Assembly: GCF_000008665.1 (NCBI RefSeq)
Contig: NC_000917.1
Span: forward strand, 1,080,001 to 1,112,000
DNA from: Archaeoglobus fulgidus DSM 4304
Lineage (GTDB): Archaea > Halobacteriota > Archaeoglobi > Archaeoglobales > Archaeoglobaceae
Reading direction: 5' to 3'
Length of the DNA stretch: 32,000 bases
The translations under genes were made by a program, and so were the position numbers. This document shows positions 1 through 8,350 of this stretch, one piece after another (the first letter of the stretch is position 1; each line of letters begins with the position of its first letter). Below the pieces are notes generated by a model. It was given only the letters and a program-made list of their open reading frames with translations, searched no databases and was not told where the DNA came from.

Positions 1-360
1 CTTCTCTGCTGCCGAGCCCTCCTCAGGTCTGACGTAAACGAAGTTATCGCCGACTTTTTTCATAGGCACCAGCGGTGAGATTACCACCTTCCCCGCCAGC
101 TGCCTTTTCAGCATTTCCGCTGTGTCAAAGGCGAACTCCCACGGAATCGTGAATACAGCAACATCGCAGGTTTCTGCGGCATCCTCATTTCGCATTCCTA
201 TTATGGATGCATCGCCGACCTTTTTCAGGTAATCCGATGCCAGTTTCTCAGCCTTTTCAAGCTTTCTTGAGCCAACTATGATTTCGTAGCCCAGCTTGCC
301 CCATCGCAGAGCCAGACCTTCCCCAAGGTTGCCCGTACCTCCAAGAAGGGCGATTTTCAT
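1..360 (-). CDS. npdG: NADPH-dependent F420 reductase (NpdG/Fno family), N-terminal 120 codons; the gene runs off the left edge
   Basis: This ORF is absent from the ORF track because it has no stop in the window. Reverse-strand translation from the ATG at 360-358 reads MKIALLGGTGNLGEGLALRWGKLGYEIIVGSRKLEKAEKLASDYLKKVGDASIIGMRNEDAAETCDVAVFTIPWEFAFDT... It has a GxGxxG Rossmann start and a TIPWE motif, as in F420H2:NADP oxidoreductases. GGTGGTG lies immediately upstream of the ATG. The frame is open through position 1 (360 nt is exactly 120 codons). Confidence 0.75.
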   Translation of the reverse strand, partial: MKIALLGGTGNLGEGLALRWGKLGYEIIVGSRKLEKAEKLASDYLKKVGDASIIGMRNEDAAETCDVAVFTIPWEFAFDTAEMLKRQLAGKVVISPLVPMKKVGDNFVYVRPEEGSAAEK

Positions 361-376
361 TGCACCACCAAAAAAG

Positions 377-1318
377 TTAGAAGTTTACCCTTTCCTTTCC
401 CTTAAGTCCGAGTATCTCCCTCACCTCGTCAGGTGTTGCGGGCCTCTTTCCGAGTTCCTTCACAATCCTTACCATTTTTTCGACCTGCTCGGCGTTGCTT
501 TTAGCAAGCTTGCCTCTTTCAATGTAAAGGCTGTCCTCAAGCCCCACTCTCACGTCACCGCCCATTATCACCGCAAGCGTTCCGAGAGGCATCTGAAATC
601 TGCCCGCTCCAACAAGGGACCACGTGTAGTTCTCCCTGCCAATTAACCTGTCTGCCGTCTGCTTCATGAACAGAACATCCTCAACAGCGGTTCCAATTCC
701 GCCGAGTATCCCATGGATGAACTGCAGCCTGAGTGGCGGTTCGAGGTAGCCCTCGTGGAACATGAAGGCCGTGTTGTATATCTGCCCTATGTCGTAGCAC
801 TCAAGCTCCGGCTTCGTGTCGTTCTCCTTGAAAATTCTCGAAAGCGCCTCAAGGTCCTTGAACGTGTTTCTGAAAACTATGTCCCTCGTCATTTCGAGAT
901 ACTCGGGCTCCCAGTCGTACTTGAACTCCTTGTACTTTTTGAGTAGTGGATGAATGGCGAAGTTCATGGAGCCCATGTTGAAGGTTGCGATTTCCGGTTT
1001 CAGGGCGGGCACGACCTTTGCCCTCTCCTCAACGGGTATTCCCAGTGTGCCTCCTCCTCCGGTTGTAACATTAATAACAACATCGCTCTGCTTTTTGATT
1101 TCCCTGCATATGTACCTGAAAACCTCAACATCCGTTGTGGGGCGCCCGTCTTTCGGGTCTCTCGCGTGAATGTGAACCATTCCGGCCCCTGCCTCTGCGG
1201 CCTTCACCGCTTCCTCCACAATCTGGTCGGGTGTGACCGGCAGGTACGGGGACATGCTCGGAGTGTGTATCGCTCCCGTTATGGCGCACGTGACAATAAC
1301 CACATCGTCCTTCCTCAT
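377..1318 (-). CDS. Beta-keto acid cleavage enzyme family protein (BKACE/DUF849, 3-keto-5-aminohexanoate cleavage enzyme-like)
   Basis: 313-aa ORF. The N-terminus VIVTCAITGAIHTPSMSPYLPVTP, plus VHIHARDP and NVTTGGG, fit the BKACE TIM-barrel family as I recall it. The stop lies 17 nt upstream of the npdG-like start, so the two are probably co-transcribed. Confidence 0.75.
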   Translation of the reverse strand: MRKDDVVIVTCAITGAIHTPSMSPYLPVTPDQIVEEAVKAAEAGAGMVHIHARDPKDGRPTTDVEVFRYICREIKKQSDVVINVTTGGGGTLGIPVEERAKVVPALKPEIATFNMGSMNFAIHPLLKKYKEFKYDWEPEYLEMTRDIVFRNTFKDLEALSRIFKENDTKPELECYDIGQIYNTAFMFHEGYLEPPLRLQFIHGILGGIGTAVEDVLFMKQTADRLIGRENYTWSLVGAGRFQMPLGTLAVIMGGDVRVGLEDSLYIERGKLAKSNAEQVEKMVRIVKELGKRPATPDEVREILGLKGKERVNF

Positions 1319-1338
1319 GTCACAGATAGGATTTAACT

Positions 1339-1346
1339 TATTATAT
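1339..1346 (-). promoter_or_regulatory. TATA box (ATATAATA on minus strand) for the BKACE gene; leaderless layout
   Basis: AT-rich octamer centred 24.5 nt upstream of the ATG at 1318. No Shine-Dalgarno lies between them. Confidence 0.45.
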
Positions 1347-1395
1347 TTGATTAATCTTCTAAATCACATAAATTGACATAAACCGGTAAAAAAGG

Positions 1396-1403
1396 TATTT
1401 AAG
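1396..1403 (+). promoter_or_regulatory. TATA box (TATTTAAG) with A-rich BRE-like upstream flank for acd; leaderless layout
   Basis: Reads GGTAAAAAAGGTATTTAAG. The centre is 27.5 nt upstream of the ATG at 1427. Confidence 0.5.
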
Positions 1404-1426
1404 AGAGAAAAATCTGCCGTTCTCCA

Positions 1427-3484
1427 ATGGAGCGCTTGTTTTACCCGAAAGTCGTGGCAGTGATAGGTGCTTCACCTCAGGAGGGAAAGGTGGGTAACAC
1501 GATTATGAAAAATCTCAGAAACTTCAGCGGCACTGTCTATGCTGTAAACCCGAAGTACAGGGAAATACTTGGATTCCCGTGCTACCCCTCGGTACTCAAG
1601 ATACCCGAAAATGTGGACCTGGCCATCATCGTTGTTCCAGCGAAGCTCGTTCCGAAGGCAGTGGAGGAGTGCGGAAGGAAGGACGTTGAAGGTGCCGTGG
1701 TGATTTCGGCAGGCTTCAAGGAGGCCGGGATTGAGGGGGCAAAGCTTGAGAGGGAACTGGTCGAGGTGGCCGAAAGGTATGGCGTTAAGCTGGTTGGCCC
1801 CAACTGTCTCGGCATGATAAACACCGAGATTGCTATGAACGCCACGTTCAGCAGAGTGGCCCCCGAAAAGGGCAGAATAGCGTTCCTCAGCCAGTCCGGA
1901 GCCTTCATTCTCGCGGTTCTTGAATGGTCAAAACGCAACGGTGTCGGTTTCAGCAAGGTTGTCAGCTTGGGAAACAAGGCCATGCTCGACGAATCCGACT
2001 TTCTGGAGTACCTGGCCAAAGATGACTCAACCGACGTCATTCTGATTTACATGGAGGGTGTGGAAGATGGGCGAAAGTTCATGAGGGTGGCGAAGAGTGT
2101 GGCAAGGAGGAAACCAGTAGTGGTGATGAAGGCGGGGAAGTCCCAGAGCGGTGCAAAGGCAGCTTCAAGCCACACGGGAAGTCTGGCAGGTAGCTACGAA
2201 GCTTACAGAGCTGCATTCAGGCAGAGTGGCGTTATTGAGGCGAGTTCAGTTGAAGAGCTATTTGACTTCGCACTGCTGCTGCTAAAATACAGAAAAGCCG
2301 GAAACTTAGCAATTCTCACTAACTCAGGCGGCCCGGGAGTTATGGCAGCGGATGCATGCGACCAGTTTGGTGTGCCTCTGGCAAACTTCAATTTTGAGAC
2401 AATAAGGAAGCTCAAGGAGTTTCTGCCCGCTGAGTCGAACTTCTACAACCCGGTTGACATTCTGGGTGATGCCAGCGCCGAGAGATTTTCAAGATCCCTT
2501 CAAATTCTTTCAGAGGATGAAAACGTGGACATCGTGCTCACCATACTCACACCCACAGCGCAGATGGACTTTTTAAAGGCTGCGGAGAGTGTCGTCGGAA
2601 AGAATGCAGTTTGCTGCTTCATGGGTGGGGAGAGTGTAGATGAATCGGAAAGGATTCTGAGGAGTTCGGGCATTCCGAACTTCTTCGACCCCGTGAGAGC
2701 GGTCAGGGCCATCTCGGTACTCGGAAGGTACTCTAAAATCTCTGCAAAGGAAAGAGTGAAGGAAGACTTGGATGTGAGTGTGGAGCGCGAGAAGGCTGAA
2801 GAAATTATCGAAAAGCTGCTGGAGAGTGGTGGCAGAGTGGTGGGGGCGGAAGGTTTGCCAGTACTGGAGGCATACGGCATTGAGGTTGCACCCTACGGAA
2901 TAGCCAGGAACGTTGACGAGGCGAGAGATATTGCGGAAAGCATTGGCTACCCGGTTGTTCTGAAGGTTGTTTCCCCCGATGTCGTGCACAAGAGTGATGT
3001 TGGTGGAGTAAAACTCAATGTGGGGGAGAACGATTTGGAGAAAGCCTTCTTCGAGATACTGTCAAACGTGGAGGGGAGGATGCCAAAGGCAAGAATTGAG
3101 GGTGTCCTCGTTCAGAAGATGGTTGATGGGGGAAAGGAGCTGATAGTGGGTATGAAAAGGGATCCACAGTTCGGTCCGATGATTATGTTCGGAATGGGTG
3201 GGGTTTACGTTGAGGTGCTGAAAGACGTTTCCTTCAGAATCGCCCCGATAACGAGAAGGGAGGCCCATGAAATGGTCAGGGAAGTCAAGGCTTACCGAAT
3301 TTTGAGGGGGCTGAGGGGTGAGAAGCCAGCCGACATCGATGCGATTGCTGATTTGCTTTTGCGAGTTTCAAAACTAAGCTTGGACCACCCCGAGGTCCTC
3401 GAAATGGACCTGAATCCTGTCAAGGTGTTTGAGAGTGGATATGCTGTGGTGGATTTCAGGATGGTTTTGGGTGAGGAGGTGTGA
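1427..3484 (+). CDS. acd: Acetyl-CoA synthetase (ADP-forming), fused alpha-beta type (NDP-forming acyl-CoA synthetase)
   Basis: 685-aa ORF. It has an N-terminal CoA-binding Rossmann segment (VAVIGASPQEGKVG), a succinyl-CoA-synthetase-like phosphohistidine loop (ASSHTGSLAGS) and a C-terminal ATP-grasp part (GYPVVLKVVSPDVVHKSDVGGVKLNV). Confidence 0.9.
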   Translation: MERLFYPKVVAVIGASPQEGKVGNTIMKNLRNFSGTVYAVNPKYREILGFPCYPSVLKIPENVDLAIIVVPAKLVPKAVEECGRKDVEGAVVISAGFKEAGIEGAKLERELVEVAERYGVKLVGPNCLGMINTEIAMNATFSRVAPEKGRIAFLSQSGAFILAVLEWSKRNGVGFSKVVSLGNKAMLDESDFLEYLAKDDSTDVILIYMEGVEDGRKFMRVAKSVARRKPVVVMKAGKSQSGAKAASSHTGSLAGSYEAYRAAFRQSGVIEASSVEELFDFALLLLKYRKAGNLAILTNSGGPGVMAADACDQFGVPLANFNFETIRKLKEFLPAESNFYNPVDILGDASAERFSRSLQILSEDENVDIVLTILTPTAQMDFLKAAESVVGKNAVCCFMGGESVDESERILRSSGIPNFFDPVRAVRAISVLGRYSKISAKERVKEDLDVSVEREKAEEIIEKLLESGGRVVGAEGLPVLEAYGIEVAPYGIARNVDEARDIAESIGYPVVLKVVSPDVVHKSDVGGVKLNVGENDLEKAFFEILSNVEGRMPKARIEGVLVQKMVDGGKELIVGMKRDPQFGPMIMFGMGGVYVEVLKDVSFRIAPITRREAHEMVREVKAYRILRGLRGEKPADIDAIADLLLRVSKLSLDHPEVLEMDLNPVKVFESGYAVVDFRMVLGEEV

Positions 3485-3487
3485 GTG

Positions 3488-4543
3488 ATGAAGTGTTTGC
3501 TGGTTTCGTCAGTTGAGGGATACTCCGGCAAGAGCGGAATAATCATCGCCCTTGGGCTGAAGCTCAGGGAGATGGGCTACGAGGTAGGATACTTCAAGGC
3601 ACTTGGCGTTAACACGGTCAAGGTTGGGGATAGAGCGGTGGAGGAGGACAGCCTCATCACGGCCAAGATTCTCGGTGTGGAGGAAGACGTATGTCCGGTG
3701 GTTCTCGACCGCCCCTATATCGATTTCGCCACCTCGGTGGACCCGGTGGTACTCAGGAAGGCTGTTCTTGACAGATTTACCGAGGTTTCGGAAGGCAAGG
3801 ACGTAGTTATCGTTGAGGGCTCTCAGAACTACAGAACGGGTGTGGCGGTTGGCATAGATGACGCGAGCGTGGCGAAGATGCTCAGCGCCAAAGTGCTCTT
3901 AGTGGGGAAGTACGTTAACGACTTTGTTGTTGACGAGGTTCTTGCGGCAAAGTCCGCGTTCGGAACGATGCTTGAGAAGGTCGTCTTCAATCAGGTAAGC
4001 GGATACAAAATGTCTTACATAGAAGGAATCGCGAGAAAGGTCCTCAACGAGGCGGGGCTTGACATAGTGGGTGCAATTCCCAGAAATCCCGTTCTTGCGG
4101 GGTTGTCGGTGGAAGAGATTAGAGAAGCGGTTTCGGGAGAGTACTTGATTGAGCCGAGGGAAGAAAAAATGGTCGAGCAGGTGGTTATCGGTGCAATGTC
4201 CCCACAATCTGCTCTGCGATACTTAAGAGAGGCGAGGAATGCTGCTCTCGTTACTGGAGGGGACAGGAGCGATTTGCTTTTAACTGCACTTGAAATGCCA
4301 AACGTGAGGTGCCTCATACTCACTGGAAACCTTGAGCCTGTCCAGCTTGTTCTGACGAAGGCGGAGGAGAGGGGTGTGCCGGTCATACTAACGGGACACG
4401 ACACTCTTACAGCTGTGAGCAGGCTTGAGAGCGTTTTTGGTAGAACGAGGATAAGAGGGGAGCCTAAGGTGGGCATCATGAGGGAGCTGTTCGAATCCCA
4501 TGTTAACGTGAAGACCATTATAGAATACTTGGGGCTGGATTAG
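3488..4543 (+). CDS. Stand-alone phosphotransacetylase N-terminal-like protein (BioD/CobQ-like P-loop domain plus DRTGG domain), no PTA catalytic domain
   Basis: The ATG is at 3488; the track start at 3485 is a GTG one codon upstream. A GGAGGTG Shine-Dalgarno spans the acd stop (GAGGAGGTGTGAGTGATG). The N-terminus is [17 protein letters not shown], and the C-terminal part carries [28 protein letters not shown], a DRTGG-type motif. Confidence 0.7.
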
Positions 4544-4550
4544 TGGTAAA

Positions 4551-5000
4551 ATGGCGGGGCAGCTAACATTCAAAAGAGAGCTGGAAAAAGTATTCGAGAA
4601 AGAGCTCAAAAAGAGGATTGAAAGAATTGGAAAAACACCGCTATCCCCACTATCCCTGATTCTCTTTACGAGGATTGCAGAGCTTTCGGCCATAGAGAAC
4701 GGGTATATTAGGCCCACCGAGTACGAGATGAGGGAGATTTTCGCCGCCAGAACCACCTATTCCGAAGGGCTTCTTAGCACCTTGAAGGACATCATTTACT
4801 CGCACTTCCTGCGAAGTAATCTTGGAGAGCATCTGGAGGACTTCATTTACACTCTGCAGAGGATTGAGGACATCCAGTCTAAAATCGACGAGCTGATTTT
4901 AAGGGAGATGAGGGAGGTTAGTTTGAGGAAAGTGTATCACGAACTTCTCAGGTTTTTGCTGGACATGCTGTGCGACAAAGATATGGTCAGATTTGATTGA
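4551..5000 (+). CDS. Hypothetical protein, 149 aa, predicted all-helical; third gene of the acd unit
   Basis: The ORF starts 7 nt after the preceding stop. Codon usage and E/K/L/I-rich composition match the neighbouring genes. I recognise no motif. Confidence 0.55.
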   Translation: MAGQLTFKRELEKVFEKELKKRIERIGKTPLSPLSLILFTRIAELSAIENGYIRPTEYEMREIFAARTTYSEGLLSTLKDIIYSHFLRSNLGEHLEDFIYTLQRIEDIQSKIDELILREMREVSLRKVYHELLRFLLDMLCDKDMVRFD

Positions 5001-5034
5001 AAACCAGATTTCCCAGCTTTGCCCCATCGGAACT

Positions 5035-5583
5035 TTACCCCCACCTTCTGTAGTCCACCTCAACCCCAAGCTGTTCGGCTATTCTCGAAACGGTGTGTTC
5101 TATGAGGTCATCAACACTCTTCGGCCTTGTGTAGAAGGACAGAACTGGGGGGAAAATTACTGCCCCCATCTCCGCCAGCCTTGCAAGCGTTTTGAGGTGC
5201 CCTGAATGTAGCGGAGCTTCTCTGATGGCAAGAACAAGTCGCCTTTTCTCCTTCAAGGTTACATCCGCAGCTCTCGCTATCAGGTTGTCTGCAATGCCGT
5301 AGGCAATTGATGAGGCTGTTTTTATGCTGCAAGGCACAACAGCCATTCCATCGTGCCTGAAGCTCCCGCTGGCGAAGGGTGCGGCAATCTCGTCTTCATC
5401 ATAATACTTGGTTGCAATCTCCCTCACGTAGCCCTCGTCGTAGTCAGTTTCCGCCTTCAGTGTGATTTTCGCTGCTCTCGACGCTACGGCGTAAACCTCC
5501 GCCCCCAACTCGGTCAACTTCTCAATAAGCCTTATTCCGAGTATCTGCCCCGATGCTCCCGTTAAGGCTACTACGAACCTCAT
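5035..5583 (-). CDS. ubiX: Flavin prenyltransferase UbiX
   Basis: MRFVVALTGASG plus PCSIKTASSIAYGIADNLIARAADVTLKEKRRLVL is the classic UbiX/Pad1 signature. The ATG at 5583-5581 overlaps the cetZ TGA by 1 nt (TGATG). The track start at 5586 is a TTG one codon upstream. Confidence 0.9.
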   Translation of the reverse strand: MRFVVALTGASGQILGIRLIEKLTELGAEVYAVASRAAKITLKAETDYDEGYVREIATKYYDEDEIAAPFASGSFRHDGMAVVPCSIKTASSIAYGIADNLIARAADVTLKEKRRLVLAIREAPLHSGHLKTLARLAEMGAVIFPPVLSFYTRPKSVDDLIEHTVSRIAEQLGVEVDYRRWG

Positions 5584-6758
5584 CAAATCAGCGGCTCTAT
5601 ATCTTCATCGAAAAGCTCTATTGTCTTGGTCATCCTCATCTTCTCCGCTTCCTCAGCCTCCTCCTTCGCCTCAGCAGCGAGCCTCTGCAACTCCTTAACT
5701 CTCGGAATGTCTGTAACGTTGGCAAGCAGCACAAGAGCGGCAACATATTTAGTCCTCCTCGTTGGATAGTCTCCGGCCCTGACCTCAACGCCCGCAATCT
5801 GCTCCTCAAGCCAGATCTTCGCCTTCTCCAGTCCCTTCCTGTCCAAGTGCTCCGGCGGTCCTGCGACGAGAACAAGCGCTCTCTCAGCGCTGTGAATGTT
5901 GCACGGCACTGTCAGCCTTCCAAGAGCAGCCCTCCTCACGAGAGTTGCTATTTTCATCGGCTTGTCGTTTTCAAGAGCTTCAATTTCCTCCTCTTCTTTC
6001 CTGCCGAAGAGTCTGAAGCCCTTTCTCTTTTTCTCAGAGGATTCGGCGAGAGTCGTTGCGTAACCAATAGAGGAGATTCCACCCCCTCTCAGAGTGTTGA
6101 CAACTTCGCTGCTGTCAACGACCATCTCTCCAACAACGTCCTCTTCAATCGGCTCCCCGGCCCTTGCCAGCAAAGCGAGCCTCCTTACAATTTCCTCGTT
6201 AATCTTAGCAAAGGACTCCTTCAGGCTTGTCCCCTCAAACTTCCAGGCTCCGTTGTCCACAAGGATAAGGTTATCCACGTACTTCAGCAGAGAAATCATG
6301 CTTCTGGCGGCGTTTAGGGAGTAAAGTTTGCCCTCCTCGGGAGCGGGAAGAATGCCGACAGCGTAAACGGGCTCCGAGTACATCTCCGAAAGATATTTGG
6401 CGAGAACGGGCGCTCCACCACTCCCCGTTCCTCCACCAAGCCCGGCAACGATTAGAAAAGCATCCATGTCGTGCGTCCCCCTTTCATCGATGGCGTTCAA
6501 GATGGTCTCTATGTCTTCCTGAGCGACCTTAGCCCCCAGCTTGTTGTCCGTCCCAACTCCGTGTCCCTTCACTATGGTTTGGCCGATGAGAATGCGATCC
6601 TGAACGGGGACGTGCTTTAAACCCATTAAATCAGTTCTGGCGGAATTTATCGCAAGCCACCTCATCCTGATATTGGAGCCTCTCATCTTCTCATTCTCGA
6701 TGAACATGTCCAGTATTTTTCCTCCAGCCTGTCCGAAGCCGATTATGAAGAATCTCAT
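5583..6758 (-). CDS. cetZ: Tubulin/FtsZ superfamily protein, CetZ-like
   Basis: GFGQAGGK and the tubulin signature GGGTGSGGAP are present, with an acidic C-terminal tail. I prefer the ATG at 6758 (MRFFIIGFGQAGG) because GAGGTGAT lies 5 nt upstream of it. The track start at 6767 is a GTG inside that Shine-Dalgarno. Confidence 0.85.
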   Translation of the reverse strand: MRFFIIGFGQAGGKILDMFIENEKMRGSNIRMRWLAINSARTDLMGLKHVPVQDRILIGQTIVKGHGVGTDNKLGAKVAQEDIETILNAIDERGTHDMDAFLIVAGLGGGTGSGGAPVLAKYLSEMYSEPVYAVGILPAPEEGKLYSLNAARSMISLLKYVDNLILVDNGAWKFEGTSLKESFAKINEEIVRRLALLARAGEPIEEDVVGEMVVDSSEVVNTLRGGGISSIGYATTLAESSEKKRKGFRLFGRKEEEEIEALENDKPMKIATLVRRAALGRLTVPCNIHSAERALVLVAGPPEHLDRKGLEKAKIWLEEQIAGVEVRAGDYPTRRTKYVAALVLLANVTDIPRVKELQRLAAEAKEEAEEAEKMRMTKTIELFDEDIEPLI

Positions 6759-6794
6759 TAATATCACCTCAACGCTAAGATTTAATACGCTTTT

Positions 6795-6802
6795 TATTTA
6801 AA
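6795..6802 (-). promoter_or_regulatory. TATA box (TTTAAATA on minus strand) with purine-rich BRE (GGGAAAAAGG) for cetZ-ubiX
   Basis: The centre is about 40 nt upstream of the ATG at 6758. That implies a leader of roughly 14 nt carrying the GAGGTGAT Shine-Dalgarno. Confidence 0.5.
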
Positions 6803-6838
6803 CCTTTTTCCCAACTTTGCAATCTCGATAAAGGCAAG

Positions 6839-6846
6839 TTTAAAAA
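6839..6846 (+). promoter_or_regulatory. TATA box (TTTAAAAA) for the lysS operon; leaderless layout
   Basis: The centre is 26.5 nt upstream of the ATG at 6869. Confidence 0.5.
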
Positions 6847-6868
6847 CAGCAACGCCTCAGCTTGACCG

Positions 6869-8350
6869 ATGCACTGGGCTGATGTGATTGCAGCGGATTT
6901 GCTGAAGAGGTCGAACTCTCACAGAATAGCCACAGGAATATCACCTTCTGGACATATTCATCTTGGTAACCTCAGGGAAATGGTCACGGCGGATGCAATC
7001 AGAAGAGCCCTTCTTGATGCTGGGGGAGAGGCGAAAATTGTCTATATTGCTGATGATTTCGATCCGCTGAGAAGGAGGTATCCCTTTCTTCCGGAGGAGT
7101 ACGAGAACTACGTTGGGATGCCTCTCTGCAAGATTCCCGACCCGGAGGGCTGCCATGATTCCTACTCCGAGCACTTTCTTCAGCCCTTCTTAGAATCGCT
7201 TGAAATCCTCGGTATTCCGGTAGAGGTTCGCAGAGCCTACCAGATGTATTCAGAGGGGCTCTACGAGAACAATACGAGAATCGCTTTAAAGAGAAGGGAC
7301 GAAATTGCCAGAATAATCGCTGAGGTGACGGGGAGGGAGCTTGAGGAGCGTTGGTATCCCTTCATGCCGCTCTGCGAGAACTGCGGAAGGATTAACTCCA
7401 CGAGGGTGACTTCGTTCGATGAAAACTGGATTTACTACGAGTGCGATTGCGGCCACAGCGGCAGGGTTGGTTATGTAGGAGGGGGCAAGCTAACGTGGAG
7501 AGTTGACTGGGCTGCGAGGTGGCAGATTCTGAGCATTACCTGCGAGCCTTTTGGGAAGGACCATGCGGCTGCCGGAGGGAGCTACGACACGGGTGTGAGA
7601 ATTGCAAGGGAAATATTCGATTACGAGCCTCCCTATCCCGTTCCCTACGAGTGGATTCACCTCAAGGGAAAGGGGGCTATGAAAAGCTCCAAAGGCATCG
7701 TACTTCCCGTCAGAGAGATGGTCGAGGTGATACCTCCAGAAATTGTGAGGTACATAACAATCAGGGTCAAGCCGGAGAGGCACATTGAATTCGACCCCGG
7801 TTTGGGGCTGCTCGACCTCGTGGAGGAGTTCGAGGAGAAGTTCAAGGAGAAGGACAGGAGTGTTGAACTCAGCCTCGTCGGTGAGGTTGTTTACTCCGAC
7901 GTCCCCTTCCGCCATCTTATTGTTGTTGGTCAGATTGCCAACTGGGATTTAGAGAAGGCGCTCGAAATCATAGAGAGAACGGGATACACGGTTGATGACG
8001 TGACGAGAAGAGACGTGGAGAGGAGGCTGAAGTACGCGAGGAAGTGGCTGGAGAAATACGCACCGGACAACATAAAATTCGAGATACCCGAAAAGGTCAC
8101 CGCGGAGTTCAGCGAGGAGGAAAAGAAGTTTCTTAGAGCCTACGCTGAAAGACTGCGGAGCGACATGAAGCCCGAAGAGATACACACGCTTGTGTATGAC
8201 GTTTCAAAGGAGGTTGGCATTAAGTCTTCAAAGGCCTTCCAGGCGATTTACAAAGCAATTCTCGGCAAAACCTACGGGCCGAGGGTGGGTTACTTCATAA
8301 AATCTCTGGGAGTGGAGTGGGTAAGGGAGAGGATAAAGGCTGCTCTATGA
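6869..8350 (+). CDS. lysS: Lysine--tRNA ligase, class I
   Basis: 493 aa. It has a HIGH-type motif (SGHIHLGNLRE), a KMSKS-type motif (GAMKSSKG) and the Cys-rich insertion CENCGR...CDCGH typical of archaeal class I LysRS. Confidence 0.95.
   Translation: MHWADVIAADLLKRSNSHRIATGISPSGHIHLGNLREMVTADAIRRALLDAGGEAKIVYIADDFDPLRRRYPFLPEEYENYVGMPLCKIPDPEGCHDSYSEHFLQPFLESLEILGIPVEVRRAYQMYSEGLYENNTRIALKRRDEIARIIAEVTGRELEERWYPFMPLCENCGRINSTRVTSFDENWIYYECDCGHSGRVGYVGGGKLTWRVDWAARWQILSITCEPFGKDHAAAGGSYDTGVRIAREIFDYEPPYPVPYEWIHLKGKGAMKSSKGIVLPVREMVEVIPPEIVRYITIRVKPERHIEFDPGLGLLDLVEEFEEKFKEKDRSVELSLVGEVVYSDVPFRHLIVVGQIANWDLEKALEIIERTGYTVDDVTRRDVERRLKYARKWLEKYAPDNIKFEIPEKVTAEFSEEEKKFLRAYAERLRSDMKPEEIHTLVYDVSKEVGIKSSKAFQAIYKAILGKTYGPRVGYFIKSLGVEWVRERIKAAL

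Noticed and set aside
296-646. 116-aa plus-strand ORF bridging the npdG-like and BKACE genes
   Set aside because: It is antisense to two well-supported minus-strand genes and crosses their intergenic Shine-Dalgarno. The translation is Pro/Arg-rich and low-complexity.
5553-6317. 254-aa plus-strand ORF
   Set aside because: It lies entirely antisense to the well-supported cetZ gene. The translation is low-complexity and Leu/Ser/Arg-rich, with no motif, promoter or Shine-Dalgarno. This is a typical shadow ORF of a moderately GC-rich coding region.
8317-8346. Upstream ATG at 8317 as the start of the radical SAM gene
   Set aside because: It would add 10 residues encoded entirely inside lysS. The ATG at 8347 forms the ATGA stop/start overlap used repeatedly in this window.
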